The position numbers were made by a program, and so were the translations under genes. The notes beneath the pieces are model-generated. The model ran no database searches. It had not been told where the DNA came from and saw only the letters and a list, made by a program, of their open reading frames with translations. A DNA stretch of 16,204 bases from Candidatus Hermodarchaeota archaeon (lineage in GTDB: Archaea; Asgardarchaeota; Hermodarchaeia; Hermodarchaeales; Hermodarchaeaceae). The stretch spans positions 1 to 16,204 of the forward strand of contig JAEOTO010000049.1 of NCBI GenBank assembly GCA_016839805.1, in the 5' to 3' direction. Positions 8,122 to 15,759 of this stretch are shown piece by piece. The stretch's first letter is position 1, and every line of letters starts with the position of its first letter.

Positions 8122-9708
8122 CTAAAAGGGATCTGAATCTGAGTCATAATCTTGTGCGCTTTTCTTACCCGAAGCTAGGCTTTCTGTTGCAGTGCTCCAA
8201 GCGCCAACGATATCGACATCGTCACCTCCAAGTTTCCCTACGAATTTGTCAATCTTCACTAAAGCTGGGGCGCGTAGAATTGATCCTGTGATAACAGCTT
8301 CACCGACGTTCAAGCCGGGTAAATCTTCTATCAGATCTTCAGTGATGGCTTCAGCAGATTGTCGAATTTGTTGCTGATCGAAGGGATTCACGATACGGAG
8401 CACAACAAAGCTGTTACATTGGGAAAGGACGTCCGAGTGAACCTTTCCAGGTCGTTGAGAAACGATGCAAAGGCCAACCCCAAATTTACGCCCTTCTGCC
8501 GCAATCCGCTTTAAGATTTCGAGTGATGCCGCAAAGGTTTGGGCTGGTGCAAAGTTGTGGGCTTCTTCAACTACCAATAATGTTGGGCATGCTATCTTAT
8601 CGGTTTGGGCTTCCGTTCGCCAAGCGATGCCCCCATGATAGACTTTCTGAGCTATCCGTTTGACGATGGCTTGTTGCACCTCTAAACGAAGCCCGGAGAG
8701 GCTGATAATTGATAATTGTCTAGGTTTCACTAAGCTTATGCCCGAAATGGTAGATAAGGGGATTTCCCGGCTTTTATCAAAGATTTTCAATTCACGGGCT
8801 TCAATCATCCTTTCTTTGAGTGCAATGACTTGTTCCCTGTACTTATTCTCTTCATCAGCTACCTCACTAATTGCACTGGTCAGTTCATTCCAACCCCAAG
8901 CTGACCCTTGAACTTTATGTAAAGCTAACCTAAGTAAGGCACGTTGCTTCGTTGCATTTGTGGGGATGCGTAAAATGTCGAAGAGGTCATACGTTCCAAA
9001 ATTATCTAGCTTGAACTGGATTGGGCGTATTCCTTTTGATGCGTCCCCTGTCTCGCTGAAAATTACTACTTGTTTTTTCCTTTTTTCTTTTAACGTGTGA
9101 TATTCATTATGGGGATCGATAACAAGGACGGAGCCACCCATTTTGATGATTTGGGTGATTGCCACAGCAACGGTATTACCTTTTCCTCCACCCGTTATTG
9201 CTAGTAGAGCAATGTGTCGTCGGACCATTTCATTAACATCTATTCGAACCTCAACTTCGCGATTAGCTCTCAAAACTCCTAATCGAATATGACCGTGTCC
9301 AAAAACCTGTTGGAGAATCTTTAGAGGAGCGCGCCTTACTTTTGCTCCGGGAACAGGAGGAAACCGGGGAAGGATGAGGATTCCATTGTCAATATATCCG
9401 ACTATTCGCACCTGAGCGACAAGCACTTCGCCCTGTGATAAGTCACCTAAGGGACCGAGTCGCTCAAAGGATTCAGGTCCACGAATAAGTGATTCAGGAA
9501 TCTCAATATTTTGGAGAGAGAGCTTTGTTACCATCCCAAGAACCGGTGAGTCGATAACCTGCTCTGGATATGATATTGCTACAAATTCTCCGATTTCTAA
9601 GGGCTTTTGACGGATTAACTCCCGTGAGACTACCACATAGACCATCGAGGGTCTCGCTTCACCAATAACATTTCCAATACATGGGTTCGTGGATTTTGTT
9701 TTAGCCAA
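8122..9708 (-). CDS. herA: HerA hexameric DNA translocase/helicase
   Basis: N-terminal HAS-barrel-like region, RHIALLAITGGGKGN (Walker A variant), LVVEEAH (Walker B), EGRKFGVG and SQRP. Start reassigned to TTG at 9708, which follows GGAGG by 7 nt and overlaps the nurA stop (528 aa). Confidence 0.95.
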   Translation of the reverse strand: MAKTKSTNPCIGNVIGEARPSMVYVVVSRELIRQKPLEIGEFVAISYPEQVIDSPVLGMVTKLSLQNIEIPESLIRGPESFERLGPLGDLSQGEVLVAQVRIVGYIDNGILILPRFPPVPGAKVRRAPLKILQQVFGHGHIRLGVLRANREVEVRIDVNEMVRRHIALLAITGGGKGNTVAVAITQIIKMGGSVLVIDPHNEYHTLKEKRKKQVVIFSETGDASKGIRPIQFKLDNFGTYDLFDILRIPTNATKQRALLRLALHKVQGSAWGWNELTSAISEVADEENKYREQVIALKERMIEARELKIFDKSREIPLSTISGISLVKPRQLSIISLSGLRLEVQQAIVKRIAQKVYHGGIAWRTEAQTDKIACPTLLVVEEAHNFAPAQTFAASLEILKRIAAEGRKFGVGLCIVSQRPGKVHSDVLSQCNSFVVLRIVNPFDQQQIRQSAEAITEDLIEDLPGLNVGEAVITGSILRAPALVKIDKFVGKLGGDDVDIVGAWSTATESLASGKKSAQDYDSDSDPF

Positions 9709-10777
9709 ATTGATCCCTCCGTTGCTGGCGCAGATAGAGGTCGTATAATTCAGGGTCTTTCTCAAGCACGGTTCGTAGAAATTTGGCTATGGTTGCGCCC
9801 ATTGTCTTAACATCAAAGCGTGCTCGGTTATGGACAAGATGCGGAGGGGAAATGAATCCCTCGCCATCAGCAAAACCTATCATAAGCTTGACGATTTCAT
9901 CGAACCGGTGTTCTTGCCAAACGGGAAAATCAACGCGAAAGGGTTGACGATATTTCTCAAGGACAAAATAGGAAGTCAAAAAGTTCCCATAGTCGCCATC
10001 GAGGAGTTTTTCCTGCTCGAAATATTGCCCTACCTGTGAACTGAGGAAATACGCTGCAGGAACAGGTGGGGTATATCCTGTCCGACCTTTGGATACTGCC
10101 CGAACTACTACAACATCAGTCAATGCATCCGATAGTTCATTTTGCCGGACAAGGTGTCGAGCCCGTGAATCCTTGGAGATACCAAGAAGCAGGATACTAT
10201 CTTTTCGGGCTATTTTGAGCAGGCGGTCAAATAAGTAGATGTATTCTTTGAAACGAGCAATGTATTCGTAGCGTGGATTATCGCTTTTACCCTTCGCTTT
10301 GAGTAAGTAGGGGAGAATTGATGAGGGGATTACCACTCCCGCATAACCCGCTAGGGAGCCATCTAATAACTGGACGTGAGGGTTTTTTGAGAGTAATTCG
10401 ATGGCTACACTGATTTCACAGATATCACGAATTAGAGCCACGTAGCCTTGAACATTTCTTGGAAGTGAGATATACCCAACATTTGCACGGTTACACCACT
10501 CCGGAAGGCGATTTAATTCGAAAATAGCTCCGGCTGCTTTCGCAGCCACTATAGTTGTTCCGGAGAATGATTGGGTTTGGTTCCCTCCGTCAACAGCACC
10601 AAGTCGTTTAATAATACCTTTTTTGGGAAGAGGGCTAAACGCGATTTCCTTTTTCTTGATTTCAGAAGTGATTTTTCGCAACTGACGCGAAGCGGTATGA
10701 GCGGCGTCTTGAATGCGTTTTATCAATTCAAACTCCAAAGAAGAAGAGTTACCTTCAGAATTCGGCTTTCCCCGCAT
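9701..10777 (-). CDS. nurA: NurA nuclease (RNase H-like fold)
   Basis: GAVDGG, LLDGSL, GISKDS and C-terminal GF...HLVHNRAR motifs. Translationally coupled to herA. Confidence 0.92.
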   Translation of the reverse strand: MRGKPNSEGNSSSLEFELIKRIQDAAHTASRQLRKITSEIKKKEIAFSPLPKKGIIKRLGAVDGGNQTQSFSGTTIVAAKAAGAIFELNRLPEWCNRANVGYISLPRNVQGYVALIRDICEISVAIELLSKNPHVQLLDGSLAGYAGVVIPSSILPYLLKAKGKSDNPRYEYIARFKEYIYLFDRLLKIARKDSILLLGISKDSRARHLVRQNELSDALTDVVVVRAVSKGRTGYTPPVPAAYFLSSQVGQYFEQEKLLDGDYGNFLTSYFVLEKYRQPFRVDFPVWQEHRFDEIVKLMIGFADGEGFISPPHLVHNRARFDVKTMGATIAKFLRTVLEKDPELYDLYLRQQRRDQFG

Positions 10778-10901
10778 TTCTCATTCGCCTGGTGGAAAAG
10801 GCATTTCAAAACCAATTCCCTTGAAAACTATTTTTCGAACTCCCTTAAACCTACCGCCCAAAGAAAAAAAATTTAAAAAAATTCTACAAAATCGAATTTG
10901 G

Positions 10902-11108
10902 TTAAGATTTTTTATTTTCCGTTGTGATAAAAAGGTCGTTTGCCAAGAGACTTAACCGTTGAACCTCGTCATCAGTAATTTCACGGTTATGTGCAATTTT
11001 ATGGCGAATCGTCTCCAGCTCCTTCAATTTTGCTTGCCATATATCGACTTATGTCTTTAGTGATATCGAGTAAGTTCCCCATAGGTTACAGAAAAGGAAT
11101 TCCATCAA
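10902..11108 (-). pseudogene. Remnant of a HEPN-domain (Swt1-like) protein
   Basis: Manual translation gives IWQAKLKELETIRHKIAHNREITDDEVQRLSLLANDL...*, with RxxxxH at 10989-11006. In-frame TAA at 11049-11051. Upstream pieces LMEFL, TYGEL and LLDIT lie in three different frames. Confidence 0.7.
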
Positions 11109-11137
11109 AGGAAGGAACAATAGCTACTTCCTCTTTC

Positions 11138-12171
11138 TCATGGTGGTGAACCGTTCTGCTCATTACTATGAACCGTTCCGAACTCATAATTTTCTGGATA
11201 GAACATTTTAAGGAAGACTTTGAATATCTCCTGAAAAAGGAGAAGCCGGAATTGCCACATAGCAATCACAACAGCGGATAGTTCTCGCGTATTTTGAAGG
11301 ACTTCCATATAGGACCAAATGATGTGTGCCGCCTTGTCATTGAACTGGCATTTCCGTGCGCGAGGATTGAAGAGTACCTGATTATGAGCAATCGCATTTC
11401 GGACATGATGATTGATTGCCGTTCGAAGTGAGGTAAGGCGCGGATTCTTTTCTAGCTGCTGGAGGATTCGGGATAACGACGTATATCTCGGTGGGGTGGG
11501 GTGGGGCGAGGTTCTCCGTGGAGTAGAAGGTGGTCAATACCGAGTAGAACTGGGAGGAATTTCTCCGATTGACTGGCAAGGATGAGGTAGATTTGGATGC
11601 ACTGTTGGGTAGTTTCTAAGCTGGGCCGATTAAAGCGTCGATCGAGGAACTCCATGATTTCGGAGATTTGCGTGTAAAATGATTGGAACAATACCATTCC
11701 GTCAGGAGACCGATCGATGGTGTCAAGCATTTTTTGGACTTCAAAGAGTTTACCGCTGTGTAGGATGTTTTCTGAAAACTGAGCCATGAGTTGGCGGTAT
11801 TGGTGGTATTGGGTTCGAGCAAGGTAGCAAAAGCTGTCAATAGCTGTTGAAATTTTTTCTGTAGTCTCAAGAATATAGGGAATTGCGGGTTCATCTGGTG
11901 GAATATCGTCCATTCCCCGAAAAAGTATGTCAAAGAACCTGTGAAGCTTCTTTTGTGCTTCTTCTGGGCTCAATTCGTCTAAAGACTGAGTCCGTAGCTC
12001 CTTGATTTCTTTCCACAGGTCTTCTATCACGAGTGTGATTCGTTCCGTCAGTTCTGGTATGACCATTTGAAAATCGTCGCGGAACACTTCAGGGATCAAG
12101 GTGGTGACTGTCTCAGTCAACCATTTTACCACCTTTTCCACTGAGAAGTCCGAGTCATTTGTCCCATTCAA
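11138..12171 (-). pseudogene. HEPN-domain putative RNase, frameshifted at a pentanucleotide repeat
   Basis: The 239-aa ORF (TTG 12171, SD GGGGTGA 7 nt upstream) continues in another frame as ...RYTSLSRILQQLEKNPRLTSLRTAINHHVRNAIAHNQVLF... to TGA at 11138-11140. RNAIAH is at 11384-11401. Deleting one CCCCA unit gives an uninterrupted 342-aa ORF. Confidence 0.85.
11490..11506. repeat. Simple sequence repeat GG(TGGGG)3, read as (CCCCA)3CC on the coding strand
   Basis: Directly visible, and coincides with the frameshift in the HEPN gene. Confidence 0.9.
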
Positions 12172-12513
12172 ACGGCTTTCACCCCGGATGATAAATCATT
12201 TCGGTGCGCTGGTTATTATCAAAGACCTGTTAATCTTTCCCCGTGACAAGGTAAATGGTTCAAATCCACGAAGTAATCTAAATAGGGAATGACCTCAGTG
12301 GAATGATTGTTAATGGTTCGTCGAAATTGTAGAGAGATTCGACAGTGTAGTCGAATCTTGAAAACTCCGTAAGCTCATGCCTTGCGCGCCGTGAGGCCTA
12401 TGGATGTGCTAAGAAAGTGTTCTTGGTACCTCAAAAGGAGGCATTCATACGGTAGAGAGCCATTACAAAATGAATAAACCTGTCTGTTTCTAATTTTAAG
12501 AAAAAAGTACTGG

Positions 12514-12760
12514 ATGGACGTAACAATATGAAGTGTTGAGAGGGCGTCCATTTGCTGCCAATGGCATCGCCCTCTCGAAGCGAGGAAACCGATGAACGCG
12601 ACACGGTGACAGTGAATGGGATAGTGGGGCTAGTCCTGCTCGATGTCGAAGGACCCGTCATCGCGGTAGAGGCAGGTGATGCGCCAGTGGCGCGGGTCCA
12701 GGCGAGGAGGGGGGTCTGGTGAGTAGGCAGCCATCGAGCATCCCACGACGACTAGCCTAT
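12514..12760. ncRNA. Candidate structured RNA (unassigned family)
   Basis: Nested perfect helices GGCTAGTC/GACTAGCC (12628-35/12750-57), TGCTCGATG/CATCGAGCA (12637-45/12732-40) and GGACCCG/CGGGTCC (12651-57/12693-99), with further inner and upstream hairpins. GC-rich island in an 800-bp intergenic gap. Confidence 0.5.
12630..12734 (-). CDS. Possible 34-aa peptide, or 3' fragment of a high-GC gene
   Basis: MAAYSPDPPPRLDPRHWRITCLYRDDGSFDIEQD; 22 of the last 23 sense codons end in G/C, unlike neighbouring genes. Confidence 0.3.
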   Translation of the reverse strand: MAAYSPDPPPRLDPRHWRITCLYRDDGSFDIEQD

Positions 12761-12932
12761 TGGGTGGTAGGAGGATAAATATGGGGAGAGACTGAGGGCA
12801 AAGTAAAAGCGACTTTGTTAATCTCACTGGAAACAAATATACTTTTTGATGAATGTTTGACCAATTTGGTATGAACCGTTGCCCTGGGCAACACCTTCAA
12901 CTTTTCCCAATTCGAAGAAGCCAACATCTACT

Positions 12933-12944
12933 AAAATTTATATT
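12933..12944 (+). promoter_or_regulatory. Possible archaeal BRE/TATA box for the 12975 gene pair
   Basis: AAAATTTATATT about 30 nt upstream of ATG 12975. Confidence 0.35.
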
Positions 12945-12974
12945 CCCCCAATCACTCGATTGTAGTGAGCGGGA

Positions 12975-13169
12975 ATGATTCAGTTTTCTCCCATGTATGA
13001 TTTCATTTACAGCTTTGCATTGCCCATCATCTTTGGTGGCGTTCTAGGAGGATTGATCACCGAAATCCTTTCAAGGATTCGTGAATGGATGATTTCAAAT
13101 TTCGAAAGAACATTAGGCGTGATGTTTGGAGTTGTTATAGGCCTCGTCATAGCTCTGCTTATAATATAG
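12975..13169 (+). CDS. Small two-helix membrane protein
   Basis: 64 aa with two glycine-rich hydrophobic segments; 10 nt before the next gene. Confidence 0.6.
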   Translation: MIQFSPMYDFIYSFALPIIFGGVLGGLITEILSRIREWMISNFERTLGVMFGVVIGLVIALLII

Positions 13170-13179
13170 GTGATGATAG

Positions 13180-13989
13180 ATGAAACTCGGGAAATGGAAA
13201 GAAACCGTCCAGTCAGTGGTAACAATAACTGGATGGATACTTGTATGGATCTGCGTGTTGTTTGGATTTCTATTTATTCTCGCTATCGGGTTTAGTCTAA
13301 GTGTTTGGTTTGTTTATACATGGCTAGAAAATCCCCTAGCCTTTTTGATTCCCCAGATATTTGGTGTTGCTGGGACATTTGTCCTCGCGGCGTTTGCAGT
13401 ATATTCCGCGTACAGAACTTTTCTAAAAGGCCCTGATGTTCGGATGGCAGCTGACCCAATTGGTGGGGCTTGGAAAGTCGTTCATGAGAATTCTCCTCAA
13501 CCACCGAATCATTTGAGCCGTTTGTGGCTTTTTGCTGACATATTTTTCTTTAATTCTGGAAATCGCGCAGGAATAATCAAAGACCTGAAAATTAAATTTG
13601 TCCCTTCAAAGGATTTCTCTGCCTTCCTGCATGAGAGCCCAACAATATACCCTTTTAAAATGATTAAACACCCGCTGGAGGGAGGTTCAGTTCTTGATCC
13701 TATTGGCGTATACCTCCCATTTTCCATCAAGGACGGCGAAGTCGATGTTCACAGAATTGAAGCTAGATGTGAATTAAACATAGATTTAGATAGACAGGAT
13801 AAGCCAACATACAATAAAACCGATTGGCTTGCATTTCTAGAGGGTTCTCCTTTTCTTGGACAGTTCGAAATTACTGGGAAAAGAATGAACCGCTCTGGGA
13901 AACTAGTGAAAATGCCAGCATTGATTGTCAATGTACATGGTGACTCGAATCTTTATCAAAGATTCAGGGAAGGATTTTCTGCTTCATAA
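13180..13989 (+). CDS. Membrane-anchored protein with a C-terminal beta-sandwich-like soluble domain
   Basis: Two to three N-terminal transmembrane segments, then FFFNSGNRAGIIKDLKI (an NxG strand motif typical of Ig-like folds). SD AGGTGA at 13168-13173. Confidence 0.75.
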   Translation: MKLGKWKETVQSVVTITGWILVWICVLFGFLFILAIGFSLSVWFVYTWLENPLAFLIPQIFGVAGTFVLAAFAVYSAYRTFLKGPDVRMAADPIGGAWKVVHENSPQPPNHLSRLWLFADIFFFNSGNRAGIIKDLKIKFVPSKDFSAFLHESPTIYPFKMIKHPLEGGSVLDPIGVYLPFSIKDGEVDVHRIEARCELNIDLDRQDKPTYNKTDWLAFLEGSPFLGQFEITGKRMNRSGKLVKMPALIVNVHGDSNLYQRFREGFSAS

Positions 13990-13996
13990 ATCAGTT

Positions 13997-14183
13997 ATGA
14001 TAAACCATTTTGCCATAGATGATTTAGGAAGAATCATAGGGAGCTCTTATAAATATAAGGCTAAAGTAGATTGCGATATTCCCAGGCGAGTGTGCTTCCC
14101 TTTGGGGGCGGCATTCGTGCCGTGAACCCTGCCACGGGTTTCCGAGAGCGGGGCTAGGCCGTTGTGGCGTATCACTTCTTTTT
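13997..14183. repeat. Dispersed intergenic element, copy B
   Basis: 28-bp identity to 99-126 at 14080-14107. Hairpins CGGCA-TTCG-TGCCG (14109-22) and AACCC-TGCCAC-GGGTT (14125-40). GCGGGGCTAGG matches GCGAGGCTAGG of copy A. Imperfect inverted ends ATGATAAACCAT and GTGGCGTATCAC (8/12). T-rich tail. Confidence 0.75.
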
Positions 14184-14343
14184 CTAATTTGCAGAGGTAG
14201 AACCTTTTTTATTCGGCGGTTTAAGAATAGTTGTTGAGGGAAGACCATTCATTCTTACATTAGTTAGTGGGGTTCTGGTCTTTGGCGTCCTTCGGCGGCG
14301 AACACACCGTAAGCTTTCACCCTATCTGGTCACGCTGGCTGTC

Positions 14344-14793
14344 ATGCTCCTTATCGCGGCGTTAGAAACGTGGATCGTCACCATCTGGCAGCCCCACCTC
14401 GTGCGACATGACCTAGAATGGCAACGCGCTGTAGCCTTTTGGTTTGCCTTCCCCTTTACCGTAAGTCCTTATATGGCTGGATTCGAATTAGCAGCGGTTA
14501 GACTAACTATCTTCATACGTTTTGGATACGTTCAATTATTCTACCTTGTATCCCCCGATGTTGGTTCCGGTTCAGCTGAAATGGTGTTCTGGTTCACCCA
14601 GATTCGGATGCTCGCCTTCCGCATCATTTTCAGCTTTCACCTCATCGCCTTCCTCCTCCTCATGCTCATCTTGACCAGCGTTGACGTCCTCTACAGGCGA
14701 TTCCACGTACGAGCTGTAACCAAACACCCAAAGGCATCCCCTGAAGGGTTCTCGCGCAGCTCTGAGGATGGACGAGGGAAGGGGAGCAATTAG
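14344..14793 (+). CDS. Hypothetical membrane protein, possibly 5'-truncated
   Basis: Hydrophobic segments. The frame is open for 52 more codons upstream (to 14188) without an ATG/GTG/TTG. Confidence 0.55.
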   Translation: MLLIAALETWIVTIWQPHLVRHDLEWQRAVAFWFAFPFTVSPYMAGFELAAVRLTIFIRFGYVQLFYLVSPDVGSGSAEMVFWFTQIRMLAFRIIFSFHLIAFLLLMLILTSVDVLYRRFHVRAVTKHPKASPEGFSRSSEDGRGKGSN

Positions 14794-14919
14794 TTAATAA
14801 GTCACAGAAAACGAAGTTTCTCATTCGAAGCGCTAAAATCAGAAGGACCGTTGGAAGTATAAGATGAAGAGATTTTTCTTTTCGATTCGTTAGCTCTAAA
14901 TAGGTTTTCCATTTAGTGA

Positions 14920-15489
14920 TTGGGCCGAGTAAATAATGGGGTTAAAGATGTGGAACGCGATGCAGATCGCTGGCTCAAGGAGTTAGCGGTTCCATTCCTC
15001 AAACGGGTGGGTATTCAGCCGAAACAAAGGATCCTCGATTTCGGGTGTGGTCCTGGTTTTTACACTGTTCCTGCGGCACGGATTGTGGGGAGGAGGGGGA
15101 GGGTCTTTGCTTTGGATAAGAGTGCTAAGGTGCTACATGAACTTGAGCAACGCGCTAAGGAAGAAGGTTTATCGAATATTGAAATCCTCCTGACTTCTGG
15201 TGAGTTAGGTATACCTTTGCCTGATGACTCGGTTGATGTCTGTCTCCTCTATGATGTCATCCATTCTCATTATTTTTCGCACCAACGGCGAATTACGCTT
15301 TTAAGAGAGATTCAGCGTGTTTTGAAGTCTGGTGGTTTCCTTTCGTTTTATCCTAGTCATATGAATTTTAACACGAGTAAAAGATTGCTTGAAAGTATGG
15401 GATTTGAATGCATTGGAACAATGAAGGCAACCCTTCTACACTATTATAGTCTGAAAGATGATCGAATCCTGAATTTTCTATCTTCTTGA
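14920..15489 (+). CDS. Class I SAM-dependent methyltransferase (UbiE/Methyltransf_11/31-like)
   Basis: ILDFGCGPG motif I, VFALD, IPLPDDSVD and EIQRVLKSGG. The start could also be GTG 14950. Confidence 0.92.
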   Translation: MGRVNNGVKDVERDADRWLKELAVPFLKRVGIQPKQRILDFGCGPGFYTVPAARIVGRRGRVFALDKSAKVLHELEQRAKEEGLSNIEILLTSGELGIPLPDDSVDVCLLYDVIHSHYFSHQRRITLLREIQRVLKSGGFLSFYPSHMNFNTSKRLLESMGFECIGTMKATLLHYYSLKDDRILNFLSS

Positions 15490-15525
15490 GACCCACTCTG
15501 TGAAAGGGCTGCTTGGTATAAGATG

Positions 15526-15590
15526 CCTATCTTCTGAAGAATAGGAAGATAGTTTGAGTTTACTGGTTAATGGACTTCAGCCAGTAACTC
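15526..15590. terminator. Two hairpins between convergent genes
   Basis: CCTAT-CTTC-T-GAAG-A-ATAGG (15526-45) and TTACTGG...CCAGTAA (15560-87). Terminator function is inference. Confidence 0.3.
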
Positions 15591-15759
15591 CATAACTCAC
15601 TCCGCAAGGCAGATCAATCTACTCTAGTAACTGCAAAACAGTATCGAGTTTATGTGAAATGCAGCTCCACACCGTACTCTCTCCACCCTTCATGAAGCAT
15701 CATTGGCTAGATTGAAGCCCACCAGGTCACGGATTACTCCCTGAAGCGGATCCCTTTTC

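Noticed and set aside
9709-9765. ORF-track N-terminal extension of HerA
   Set aside because: It would overlap nurA by 65 nt; TTG 9708 has a well-spaced GGAGG.
8122-10777. HerA-NurA as an antiphage HerA system (Sir2-HerA/DUF4297-HerA type)
   Set aside because: Coupling to mre11-rad50 identifies the housekeeping resection operon.
4516-10876. Numerous + strand and alternative-frame ORFs overlapping rad50, mre11, herA and nurA
   Set aside because: Antisense or out-of-frame shadows of well-supported genes, with no recognisable motifs.
11147-11178. Direct repeat TGAACCGTTC x2 as a CRISPR remnant or target-site duplication
   Set aside because: Only two 10-bp copies 22 nt apart within the HEPN gene's 3' end; no array or cas genes.
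12620-12760. SRP RNA, RNase P RNA or IscB omega/HEARO RNA identity for the structured element
   Set aside because: CCAGGCGAGGAGGGG cannot form the SRP helix-8 stem and lacks the AGCA partner. RNase P conserved regions are not found in order. The HEARO-like words GACTAGCCT and GGCGAGG are in the wrong order, and there is no IscB/TnpB gene.
15490-15759. Possible degraded gene between the methyltransferase and LRR genes
   Set aside because: Only short frames with no recognisable motif.
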